From NCBI GenBank assembly GCA_965200245.1, contig CBDATS010000004.1:768001-832000 (forward strand): a DNA stretch of 64,000 bases, in the 5' to 3' direction. The position numbers and the translations under genes were made by a program. The stretch is from a bacterium. GTDB lineage: Bacteria > UBA8248. A model generated the notes under the pieces. The model made no database searches. It was given only the letters and a program-made list of their open reading frames with translations, and was not told the DNA's origin. Below, piece by piece: positions 49,178 to 58,330 of the stretch; the stretch's first letter is position 1; the number at the start of each line of letters is the position of its first letter.

Positions 49178-49310
49178 TGCCGGTATTCGACGCAACAACT
49201 CTTATGTTTTTGCTAAAACCAGACGCCCAGCCTCCGACTGATCCCACCACCCAAAGCCACTTTCAAAAGTGATTCAGCGGATTGATTCTCTGATCGACAC
49301 CTTGGCACCA
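49177..49310 (+). pseudogene. PIN-domain-like gene fragment, frameshifted
   Basis: MPVFDATTLMFLLKPDAQPPTDPTTQ continues in another frame as KPLSKVIQRIDSLIDTL, then is lost. Confidence 0.45.
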
Positions 49311-49399
49311 CTAATCAAGCCGGACATTGGCGTGTTCAATGACTTCAGGCACGATATCTTTGAGCCAACAGATCGGGGCGTATAGCAGAGCAGAGAACA

Positions 49400-49624
49400 A
49401 TGATCGAAAGAATCATTGGCAGGAATCCGCATATCCAGGGCGGAACTCCGGTGTTTGCCGGCACCAGAGTCCCGGTGCGTATCCTGATGGAGCATCCGGA
49501 GGCGGGTGACCGACTCGACGAATTTCTGGAAGACTACCCCAACGTATCGCGGAATCAGGTCGCAACATTGCTGAAACACGCGACGGTGATGTTGGTGTCC
49601 GCCGAAAATGAAACTGCTACTTGA
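49400..49624 (+). CDS. DUF433 family antitoxin-like protein
   Basis: NPHIQGGTPVFAGTRVPV, FLEDYPNVSR. Confidence 0.88.
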   Translation: MIERIIGRNPHIQGGTPVFAGTRVPVRILMEHPEAGDRLDEFLEDYPNVSRNQVATLLKHATVMLVSAENETAT

Positions 49625-49670
49625 CGAGGCCGTCCCAAAGCGCCTCGCTGCATCCTTCCCGGAAATGCTC
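49608..49670 (+). pseudogene. DUF5615 PIN-like toxin, truncated after about 20 codons
   Basis: MKLLLDEAVPKRLA start overlapping the DUF433 gene; similarity is lost where the convergent gene begins. Confidence 0.65.
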
Positions 49671-49704
49671 ATAGTTAACCAGACAGAATTTCATTCTGCC
49701 AGTT

Positions 49705-50971
49705 CTATCTTGGCCCTGCCGAATAGATTTTCAGTACTAACTCCGATTCGTCAGCCAAGAAATATTCGGGGGTTTTTCCGGAAATCTCTTCACTTCTTGA
49801 AAGTATGATTGGTACACCCTCACCACGCTTGTCCATTATGCAAGAGCGATGACTCGTGAAGTTATCTCCCTCAACCTGACAACGAGCCAGCAGGCTGGTC
49901 ACAGCCTCGTTACGGACTGCTTGCCGATAAGCGAGACTTTCGGGGGTCATCGTGTTGGGTAGCAGCCCCGGTGTAAATATTTCCAATCGATCATTGAACA
50001 ATCGAAGCCGAACCTTGCTTCCTCCCATCGAATAGTCTCGATGCGCAACGGCATTCGTTATTGCTTCGAAAACTGCGAGCAGGTCATATTGCGGGATATC
50101 TTCTCGTCCGCCAGTTATTATGTTTTTTTTTCGCTTCAACTCGCATGTTTTTCCGCACAAAATCGCAAGCTTGAAAGATTTGATCATCCAATGGCCCTGT
50201 GATGTCTCTTGCATCTCGTTGATAAGCCGCTTCAGCCCGTGGAGAAATTTCCGAACCTCGATATACAACAGCTTGAATGAATGCTCCCGGTATGAAGCGC
50301 TCCGGATTCCTGCAAGCCAGCATTATTCCGGCCACTGTGGGGCGCAAAACACCTTCTTCATCTTGAGATGCCATTGCTAATTTTGAGAGCAACTGTTCCG
50401 GAGGGTCGGTATATCGAGAGACACGAAAACGGCTCCAAAGCGGCTCATGCAGGTCGGCAAGTGTCGCTGTCGGTATGGGTGTTTCGCCGAAACGGATTAG
50501 ACGTGCTCGACTACGTTGCTGGAGTAAGCGCGCAAGCAGTTCAGGGGGCATGAGACGATTCGATGATCCGACCCGATGAAAGTATCTATCCGTACTCTGA
50601 TGTAAGAATAGACTCGGCGGGACTTCAATGCGGATCACGGGGCGTTCCGCACCTGTATTGTCAGGTAGAGTAAGGCGCTCAATTACCGGCGCCAATGACG
50701 GCCTGATCGAATCCTCGCAAGCTTGGCGGATCAGTCTTTCGACAGTATCAAGGCGCTCCGCGGGAATACCCAAGACTTCCCGTGAATTATCATCTACACC
50801 CATCAACAATACTCCGCCGCGGCTGTTCGCAAACGCGGCGAGTTCATCAGCAAGTTCGTCCTGCCTCGGGCCACGTATTTTTTCACCAGCAAAACGAACC
50901 TCCTTCAATTCCAGGAAGCTATCTTCACCCAGCCGTATTTTTTCCAACAACTCACTTCGTGTCGCAAACAT
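49705..50971 (-). pseudogene. AlbA_2 (Schlafen-like) plus HATPase-like domain protein, frameshifted in an A9 run
   Basis: GEDSFLELK, AAFANSRGG, YFHRVGSS in 50084..51025; AVFEAITNAVAHRDYS, DRLEIFTPG, RGEGV in 49705..50268; frames switch at T9 (50123-50131). Confidence 0.82.
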
Positions 50972-50974
50972 TTC

Positions 50975-52260
50975 GGACTTTCCGTCCCAAACGGGCCCAT
51001 CGGCGAGCAAACGCTTCGTGACCACCTTCCATTACTTCACAGGCTTTCTCCCGAACCATCTGTTCCTGCAGTGCTCCCTTTTATGCCACTCGGCATTGGC
51101 CAGACCAAAAATCTAATGGGTAAATCATTTCTGCGTCACCATTGAGCACCACGGTGGGGTTATGTGTCAAAACAATTAATTGTCGGCGGATCTTGTTCTC
51201 ACGAATCTGACGCACGATGAGTTCATATATCAAGTGGTTGTCCAGATCGTCTTCCGGCTGATCAAGGATTAGCGGCTCATCACCAAAAGAGAGCAGAAAT
51301 GCCAGCAAGGCTGCTGAACGTTGCCCCTGTGAACTCTGATCGATAGATGACCAATTGCGACCGTCCCCAATACGGCTGTATTCGATGCATAGATCATCTT
51401 CAGGAAACCAGCACTGTACATGCTCAACAAATTCAGGGATTTCAAATTTGCGTCGAAGGTAGTTCTGGAAGCAACCTCTGAAATTCTGGTGTTGAATTAA
51501 TCTCTCTTTTAACACTCGTCAAGGCCGATTCGCGATCTTGAGCGTTCGTTAGTTCAGTAGCTAATCCGCTGAAGTCACTACTGAACCGATCATCCACAAC
51601 GTCAAGCAAATCTCACAACTCACGTTCTATCCAGTTTGCATCAAAACCAAAATCAATTATTTCCATACTCACGAAATTATTCGCCGCCAACTTGTCATTA
51701 AGAAACTCCGAGCGAGCTCTTGTTATTGCTTTACGCGTATCTCCTAGCCGCTTCCGCTGAGCTTCTATTTCAGCATCTAGATGGCGGTGATCATTTTCCA
51801 ATTGCTTGAGGTGTTTCAACTCTTCCTCAAATTTCTGCCTCTCATGTACCAAATGCTTAAAAGCCTGTGCTCCATCGATTCCTTGTTCAATGAGCGAAGA
51901 TTGTAACTCCTCATAGTTTGCTTGCACTGCTTCAACTCGCTTCCGCCATTCTGCTAGTTTGGAGTTGCCTTCAAGTTCTTGTATCTCTTCAGAAAGCATC
52001 TCCGAAGTTTGCCTAAGCTCAGTACGTATTCTGCAAATTAATTGCTCTGCTTCACTCCTCCAGGCGAGGCCATCATGACCCTGTGGCGCATCGAAAATGC
52101 CATCCTGCCAGTCATCCAACAATAGGTTTTCAGCCAAGGGTTCAATGCGACTAGTTCTTGCGCGAAGTTGCTCTAGAGTTGTACCTACCTCTCGGACTTG
52201 CCGTTGATCTTGTTGACGTGCATTTAGCACTTCATTGCGAGCAGACCGAGCTAGGACTTT
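50975..52260 (-). pseudogene. TrlF/Ppl-like ABC-type ATPase remnant (coiled coil plus C-terminal ATPase half)
   Basis: SQGQRSAALL, ILDQPEDDLDN, LTHNP, MEGG.EAF.RR; premature stops at 51613 (TGA) and 51081 (TAA), a frameshift between the fragments, and no N-terminal Walker A/PHP part. Confidence 0.75.
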
Positions 52261-52486
52261 ATTGTATCATGATTAGTTCTGCATGATTCGATTGAAATGG
52301 TTGTACGGACTTTCCTATTTCATCTTACTCGAAATTTCAAACCCAAGTGAGTGGATCGAAGTTTCTGAATAGCAATGAAAGAATGGAGGAAATTGCCAAA
52401 GAAGATGCAAGAAGAGGTACGCTGATTAAGAAAATGACACAACAAACGTGGAAGACACCAGTGAGCAGGCCTCAATGAAGCACATG

Positions 52487-52514
52487 AAAAAAGGGGCCGC
52501 CGGAGCGACCCCTT
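52487..52514 (-). terminator. Intrinsic terminator after the PPC-domain gene
   Basis: Minus strand: AAGGGGTCGC-TCCG-GCGGCCCC-TTTTTT. Confidence 0.8.
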
Positions 52515-52545
52515 GAAACCTGCTTCAGCCTGATTCTATGACAAT

Positions 52546-53151
52546 CTAGCGGACTCCCTTGGGCTTGGGGCGCGCCTTTCGCTTCGAGATAGCCTTTTTG
52601 ATCGCGGCTTCGGATTTCCCGTTCGTCTCAATGCCAAAGACCTCGCCCACGCGGGTATGCCTGTCCATCAGGCGCATGAAGGCGATGTCAGTCAACTCGG
52701 CGATCACCATCTCGCACGTACTGAAGATGGTGCAGCCCTCAACGAGGTGCCCACCAAAGCACGTCGCCTCGGGCCGGCCCATCGAGATGGTGACGTGGGC
52801 GTGAAGGTATGGTTCTCCCGCTTCGGTCTGCGTGATGTTGCCGCTCATCTGCAGGAGTTCGAGCGGGCCGTTGATGGGCGTGAAGATGCGGCACTCGTCG
52901 TTGATGGGAAACGGATCGGGGAACTGCCAGACGTTTCTGAGCACCGCCTTTTGCAGGCTCGCCGCCACGCTCAGGATGACGCCTGCCTTCACACCCTTCT
53001 CCTCGCATATCTTGAGCGTCGTGCCAAACAGATCGTCTCCCGGCGCCATGCGGACGGCCAGGACACGGCCGATGCTCGCCTCGGCCACGTCGTAGCGGGC
53101 CTTGCGGGTCTTCCAGTTGGAATTATCGAAATTCGTCAGTTTTCTCGCCAT
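52546..53151 (-). CDS. PPC/DUF296 domain protein
   Basis: VRMAPGDDL, ELLQMSGNI, HAHVTIS, GGHL, TCE. Confidence 0.88.
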   Translation of the reverse strand: MARKLTNFDNSNWKTRKARYDVAEASIGRVLAVRMAPGDDLFGTTLKICEEKGVKAGVILSVAASLQKAVLRNVWQFPDPFPINDECRIFTPINGPLELLQMSGNITQTEAGEPYLHAHVTISMGRPEATCFGGHLVEGCTIFSTCEMVIAELTDIAFMRLMDRHTRVGEVFGIETNGKSEAAIKKAISKRKARPKPKGVR

Positions 53152-53282
53152 GGATACTCATTCTCCCCAAGAGGCCTCTTGCCTTGTATGTGAAAAGATG
53201 CGCCGCCGTGAAATTTTTCGGGGTTATATCACACAGGGTGACGGCGCGCATTCCGCATCAGGGCACTGGCGGCGAAACCGCC

Positions 53283-54566
53283 TCAATCGCTTTGCACTTC
53301 GTAGCGCACCTCCCCGTTCGTGACAGTGCAGACGACGAACGCGCCTTCATCGAACACATTGCCCAGGTGCAAATCGCCAATACCGCGCGGCGGACAGACG
53401 ACGCAGAAATCGGCCGCGCCGCCGGGCTTGAGAACACCCAGGTTCTCGAATCCAAGCGCCTCGGCACCCGCGCGGGTGCACATATCGAGCAGTTGAGCGT
53501 CTGTAATCTCTTCATCCACTTCGCGGAGGGCGCGGGCCTCGTCCAGAAGCGAGAGGGTAGGGCTACTCGCCAGACTGTCCGTTCCCAGGCACAACGCCAG
53601 CCCCGAATCGCGCATGCGCGCCGCATCGGCGAAGGAATGACCGAAAAAGCGCGCCGAGCGCGGACAAAGGCAGACGCTCACCCCGTTCTTCCTCAAAAGC
53701 ATCCAGTCTTCCACGTTCGTCTGGTTCGCGTGTACCGCAAGGGTCAGGCTGCTAAGCGCATCCGCCAGATCGAGATGAGCGACGGGCCGAAGTCCCGAGG
53801 GCTTGAAACCCTCCAGCGCGCCGTTCAACTCCCGGTGAACCCTCGCGAACGTGCCGCCGCCGTCTTGCAGGAACTCGATTTCATCCGCGCTTTCACCCAG
53901 GTGCGTCGCCACGGGCCAGCCTCTTGCTCGCGCCTCCTCCGCCGCCACGCGGTAGAGGGCGAGCGATGCCGAATAGGGCGCGTGGGGACTCAGGCCGTAC
54001 CGAACGGCTTCCGGAACGGAGCCTTCGTACTCGGGAAAAAGGTCGCAGTCTTCGAGCTTTGCCGCCAGAATTTCCTTCGCCCGTGCGGAATCGATCCCGA
54101 GCACCTCGTGGAACACCACACCCCGCATTCCTGAACCCGCTATCGCCGTGGCACTCTCGCCCGAGGTCGAGACGTCGCCCACACAGGTGACACCAGCCGC
54201 CAGGCTCGCGGCGACGCCGATACGCGCTGAGGCCAGAAACAGGTGCGCTGGCCAGGTCCTCATCTCACGCACGAGCGAGACGATCCAGTCATCTATCGGC
54301 CCGGGCTCTCTCTCGACGCCCGAGAGTTCCAGGTGCGTGTGCGCGTTGACGAGGCCGGGAATCAGGACCGCGCGCCCGAAGTCGCGCTCTTCGGCCACAG
54401 GTTCTACGGGACGCACGAAGGCTTCTTCCCCCACCGCCAGAACGCGGCCAGAGGATGTGAGCAGCGCGCCGCGCCGGATAGGCGGCCCGTTCACCGGACA
54501 GACGAGGTCCGCCAGCCAGAGTTCCATTTTCCGAGTCTTGGGTGTCCGGGGGGGCGTTGTCGTCAC
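53283..54566 (-). CDS. Amidohydrolase, probable aminofutalosine deaminase
   Basis: PGLVNAHTHLEL, SPHAPYS, HLGES, CPRS, GTDSLAS; directly after mqnC. Substrate inferred from context. Confidence 0.75.
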   Translation of the reverse strand: MTTTPPRTPKTRKMELWLADLVCPVNGPPIRRGALLTSSGRVLAVGEEAFVRPVEPVAEERDFGRAVLIPGLVNAHTHLELSGVEREPGPIDDWIVSLVREMRTWPAHLFLASARIGVAASLAAGVTCVGDVSTSGESATAIAGSGMRGVVFHEVLGIDSARAKEILAAKLEDCDLFPEYEGSVPEAVRYGLSPHAPYSASLALYRVAAEEARARGWPVATHLGESADEIEFLQDGGGTFARVHRELNGALEGFKPSGLRPVAHLDLADALSSLTLAVHANQTNVEDWMLLRKNGVSVCLCPRSARFFGHSFADAARMRDSGLALCLGTDSLASSPTLSLLDEARALREVDEEITDAQLLDMCTRAGAEALGFENLGVLKPGGAADFCVVCPPRGIGDLHLGNVFDEGAFVVCTVTNGEVRYEVQSD

Positions 54567-54579
54567 GTGGAAGGTGGTG

Positions 54580-55659
54580 CTAAATCAATTCGTAGAAGAA
54601 GTTGCGCCGCTTTGGCATGAAGCCTGCATTTCGCGCCATGCGGTGGAGGTCATCCTCGTTCAGCGCGTAGGTGGTCCCCGCGGCGCTCACCACGTTTTCT
54701 TCCAGCATGGTGGAACCCATGTCGTTACAGCCGTAACGTAAGGACAACTCGCCGACCTTAATGCCCTGCGTCACCCAAGAGGACTGGAAGTTCACGATAT
54801 TGTCCAGATAGAGGCGGCTTACGGCCAGCATTCTGAGATACTCGATGCTCCCCACCGTCTGCGCCTTCAAGGGTGACGCACCGTCGTTCTGGAACGTCCA
54901 GCAGATGTAGGCCGTGAAGCCGCCCGTCTCGTCCTGAAGCTCTCGCAGGCGGTGCAAGTGCTCGATTCGCTCCGCGTCCGTTTCCACGTGGCCGAACATC
55001 ATTGTGGCGGTCGATCGGATACCCAAATTGTGGGCGACACGCATGACCTCAAGCCAGCCCTCGGTGTTCACCTTCAGCCTCGAAATCCTGTTCCGCACAC
55101 GGTCGACCAGAATCTCGCCGCCGCCGCCCGGAACCGAATCCAGTCCCGCCGCGCGCAGGCGAGTGAGCACCACTTCGTATGGCATGTCCTCTAATCTTGC
55201 GATGTGGTGAATCTCGGGCGGACTGAGTGCGTGGAGATGGAGATCCGGGAATTCCCCCTTCATCCAGGAGAAAAGCTCCTCGTACCATTCGATCCGGAGG
55301 TCCGGATGATGGCCCCCCTGCAGCAGAATCTGCCTGCCTCCCACGGCGTAGAGTTCGTCCAGTTTTTGCCTTATCTCATCGCGCGTCCTGATATAGGCCT
55401 CGGGATGCTCGCCTGGTGGGCGGTAAAACGCGCAGAACGTGCAATAGACGTCACACACGTTCGTGTAGTTGATGTTCCTGTCCACGCAATAGGTGGCGTA
55501 GCCTTCGGGGTGGAGGCGCGCTCGTACATCGTCCGCCGCCGTGCCCAGCGCGACCAGGTCGTCTCCTTCGAGCAGGGCGAGCCCCTCCTCATAAGAGAGC
55601 CGCTCGCCTCCCGCCGCCTTTTCAATCGCCTCGTAAAACTCCGTCGTCGCCGTGGTCAT
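54580..55659 (-). CDS. mqnC: Cyclic dehypoxanthinyl futalosine synthase
   Basis: DRNINYTNVCDVYCTFCAF, LLQGG, PGGGGEIL, SSWVTQG, GSTMLEENVVSAAG. Confidence 0.93.
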   Translation of the reverse strand: MTTATTEFYEAIEKAAGGERLSYEEGLALLEGDDLVALGTAADDVRARLHPEGYATYCVDRNINYTNVCDVYCTFCAFYRPPGEHPEAYIRTRDEIRQKLDELYAVGGRQILLQGGHHPDLRIEWYEELFSWMKGEFPDLHLHALSPPEIHHIARLEDMPYEVVLTRLRAAGLDSVPGGGGEILVDRVRNRISRLKVNTEGWLEVMRVAHNLGIRSTATMMFGHVETDAERIEHLHRLRELQDETGGFTAYICWTFQNDGASPLKAQTVGSIEYLRMLAVSRLYLDNIVNFQSSWVTQGIKVGELSLRYGCNDMGSTMLEENVVSAAGTTYALNEDDLHRMARNAGFMPKRRNFFYELI

Positions 55660-55711
55660 GGATTTCCTCAAACGTCGTTCCAGCCGCCGGAATAATGCGG
55701 GAGCGAGGCAA

Positions 55712-57451
55712 TCAGGTCAACAGATGAAACCGGCGCAGCGAATCGGTCCCTCGCCCCGGAACCACGTCGCGGGGATTCTCTATGGCGCGGATGGTAAGCG
55801 GCGCAGCGCGGTTTCTCACTTCGATCTGATGCGCGGGAAAGGAGGAGACGTTCACTCCCGCGCGCTCTGCGACCTGGGAGGAAATGACAAGCCTGCAGTC
55901 GTATTTCTTCGTCAGATCCTGCAATCGGCTCGCCGCGTTTACCGTATCACCCACCGCCGTGAGATATTTCGCCACGCCCCGGCCCATTTGGCCCACCACC
56001 GTGGGGCCGGTGTGTATACCGATGCCGATCCGAAGGGGTTCATCGAGTTCGTCGGCGAGTGTTTCGCTCATCTCATCTAACGCGTCCACTATGGCACAGG
56101 CCGCCGCAAGGGCCTGCCTGCAACCTTCCTCGGGGCCTTCTTCCACTCCGAAGAGTGCCATGACACCGTCTCCCACGAACTGGTTGATGAGTCCGCCCTC
56201 CCTGGTGATCGCCTCGCCCATGACATCGAAGTAGCAATTCAGAAAGAACACGACGTCGTAAGGGAGTTTCTTCTCGGCGATGCGTGTGAAACCCCTCAAG
56301 TCGGCGAACAAGACGGCGACACCGCGCTCCTGACCTGCAGCATAACCCCTTTGCGCAAAACCCTGCGCCGCATCCGCGCCTGCGGGCAGAATCAGCAGAA
56401 CCGATAGATCCGCTACCGGTCGCAACTGGCACGCCAAGCGAACGTCGGGTGCGGCTTTGATCCGCTCCAGCACGCGCCGTTCCTCCGGCTGTGCGGTGGG
56501 CAGGGCATCCGCGCCTCCAAGCAGTTTCACCCGGCAGGTGGAGCACCGTCCGCGCCCCCCGCATACCGAGGCATGGGGGATTCCTCCGACGCGGCTCGCC
56601 TCCAGCACGGTGGAGCCTACCGGAACCACTGCTTCGCGCCCGCCCGCATAGGCGACGCGAAACGTCCTGCGCCTCCGCTCGGCGGCGATACGCGCCCCCC
56701 GCGCTGCGAACACCAGCGCAATCAGACCCAGATAACCCCACCACAGCGTGTCACGTGCGAAGTGGATCTGCGCCCTCTGTGTGCGGTTCGGCATTCCGGT
56801 GCGGCGCAGCATTTCGTGCCGCCACTCCCTGTCCGCCGCAAGACGAGCCGCCTCGCGTCCGCCCTGGCTGAAGCCTGCGAGGGAAATGGCAGCGATGAGA
56901 AGCATGACGGAAAGACATACCGGGAACCACCTCGAATACCAGGGCTTAAGCCTCAGCCAGTAGTGAAGTCCCATGCAGGCGTGCGCCCAGGCGATGAGCA
57001 GAAAAATCGACTGTTTGAGTCCTACGTCTGGCGAGCGATCCCAATAGAGGAACATCAGGCGTGCATAGGAATCCACCGTGCCGAACCACTCATAGGCCAG
57101 GCGCGTTCCCGCAACGTGGGAGATCATGAACAAGGGGATGGAGAGACCGAAAACGATCTGGAGCGCTTCCCAGATCGGCACCCTGAGGCTCCTGCGATCA
57201 AACAGTCCGTACATCGCAAGCACTGTATGCAGGACGAAGGAACCATAGAAGAGTACTGAACCCGGAACGCTTCGCCAGAACCCCAGAAACCAGAACCTGC
57301 CCGCATCCATCATATCGAGCGATACCAGCCCCAGAGTGTGGTTCAAGAGATGCGTGATGAGAAATGCAAAAAGCACGCAGCCCGTCGCGAGGCTCATGCG
57401 CCTGCGCCAGTGTCCGATTTTCGAGGCGACGGCAGACGCATCGGTGGTCAT
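55712..57451 (-). CDS. Membrane-bound class III adenylate cyclase with 2Fe-2S ferredoxin domain (CyaC-like)
   Basis: His-containing TM region (HLLNH, HACMGLH), HASVCGGRGRCSTC..RLACQ, FADLRGFT, GDGVMALF, GDTVNAASRL. Confidence 0.9.
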   Translation of the reverse strand: MTTDASAVASKIGHWRRRMSLATGCVLFAFLITHLLNHTLGLVSLDMMDAGRFWFLGFWRSVPGSVLFYGSFVLHTVLAMYGLFDRRSLRVPIWEALQIVFGLSIPLFMISHVAGTRLAYEWFGTVDSYARLMFLYWDRSPDVGLKQSIFLLIAWAHACMGLHYWLRLKPWYSRWFPVCLSVMLLIAAISLAGFSQGGREAARLAADREWRHEMLRRTGMPNRTQRAQIHFARDTLWWGYLGLIALVFAARGARIAAERRRRTFRVAYAGGREAVVPVGSTVLEASRVGGIPHASVCGGRGRCSTCRVKLLGGADALPTAQPEERRVLERIKAAPDVRLACQLRPVADLSVLLILPAGADAAQGFAQRGYAAGQERGVAVLFADLRGFTRIAEKKLPYDVVFFLNCYFDVMGEAITREGGLINQFVGDGVMALFGVEEGPEEGCRQALAAACAIVDALDEMSETLADELDEPLRIGIGIHTGPTVVGQMGRGVAKYLTAVGDTVNAASRLQDLTKKYDCRLVISSQVAERAGVNVSSFPAHQIEVRNRAAPLTIRAIENPRDVVPGRGTDSLRRFHLLT

Positions 57452-57476
57452 GCAACCAGTCTCCCGACAGATGGCT

Positions 57477-58268
57477 TCAGATGGGATTTTTCTTCAAAAA
57501 CGCCTCCATCCGATCGATGAAGGCTCCGGGCTGATCCCAGAAAACGCTGTGGCCCGCATCAGGGATGATGGAAGTAGCGCAATCGGGCACGTTGTTCCTG
57601 TATACCTCTCTGAAATCAATAGGTCCCGCGTCGTTCTCTCCGTGACACACCCAGGTGGGAACGGAGATTTTGTGCAGTTCACCACTCAAGTCGGGCATCG
57701 TGAACAGCGCGTTCGCGGTATCGGCGAACGTCTCGGGCGTGTTCTTAAGGAACCTCTCCCTGTACTCTGCCGCCAGGGGGCCTTCTCGCAGGCTTTCGGG
57801 AATTTCGCCGCGACGCATCTTGAATTCGTGCAGTACTTCCATGCCTTCAGATTGGGCCACCTGCAAGTGCTCACTGAACATCTCCCGGTACGCGCCCGAA
57901 GGCGGGCCACAGGATGAGGCCGCGAGCATGAGGCGGCTCAAGCGATCCGGATAATGAATCCCCAGCATGGTTCCCGTCCTTCCGCCCATGCTGTGGCCGA
58001 GACAATCCGTGCGCTCGACGCCGCAAGCGTCCAGAAAGCCCGCGACGTCATCTGCGAAGTTCCTTATCGTGTAGGGGCCGCGCGGCTTGTCCGAATCGCC
58101 GTGGCCGCGCAAGTCGAGCGCGTATACATGGAAGCGCTCCGCCAGCCAGTCGATGATGGGCGTGAAGACGAAATGGGAATTCTGGAACCCGTGTACGAGA
58201 AGGAGCGGCGTTCCCTGCCCGCGTTCGATGTAATGGATATCGATTCCGTTCACTCGCGCTTTCGACAA
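57477..58268 (-). CDS. Alpha/beta hydrolase (enol-lactonase-like)
   Basis: VHG, DLRGHGDS, GHSMGG, GEND, AGH. Confidence 0.9.
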   Translation of the reverse strand: MSKARVNGIDIHYIERGQGTPLLLVHGFQNSHFVFTPIIDWLAERFHVYALDLRGHGDSDKPRGPYTIRNFADDVAGFLDACGVERTDCLGHSMGGRTGTMLGIHYPDRLSRLMLAASSCGPPSGAYREMFSEHLQVAQSEGMEVLHEFKMRRGEIPESLREGPLAAEYRERFLKNTPETFADTANALFTMPDLSGELHKISVPTWVCHGENDAGPIDFREVYRNNVPDCATSIIPDAGHSVFWDQPGAFIDRMEAFLKKNPI

Positions 58269-58330
58269 GACTTTCTCCTTTCGTATCCCTGCGTTTCGTC
58301 AATAATCGACCCTGTTGTTCTTTAGGCGAA

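Noticed and set aside
51613-51615. In-frame TGA in the ATPase remnant as selenocysteine
   Set aside because: No redox motif; context ERE-L-x-DLLD fits a CGA-to-TGA nonsense change, and the gene has other lesions.
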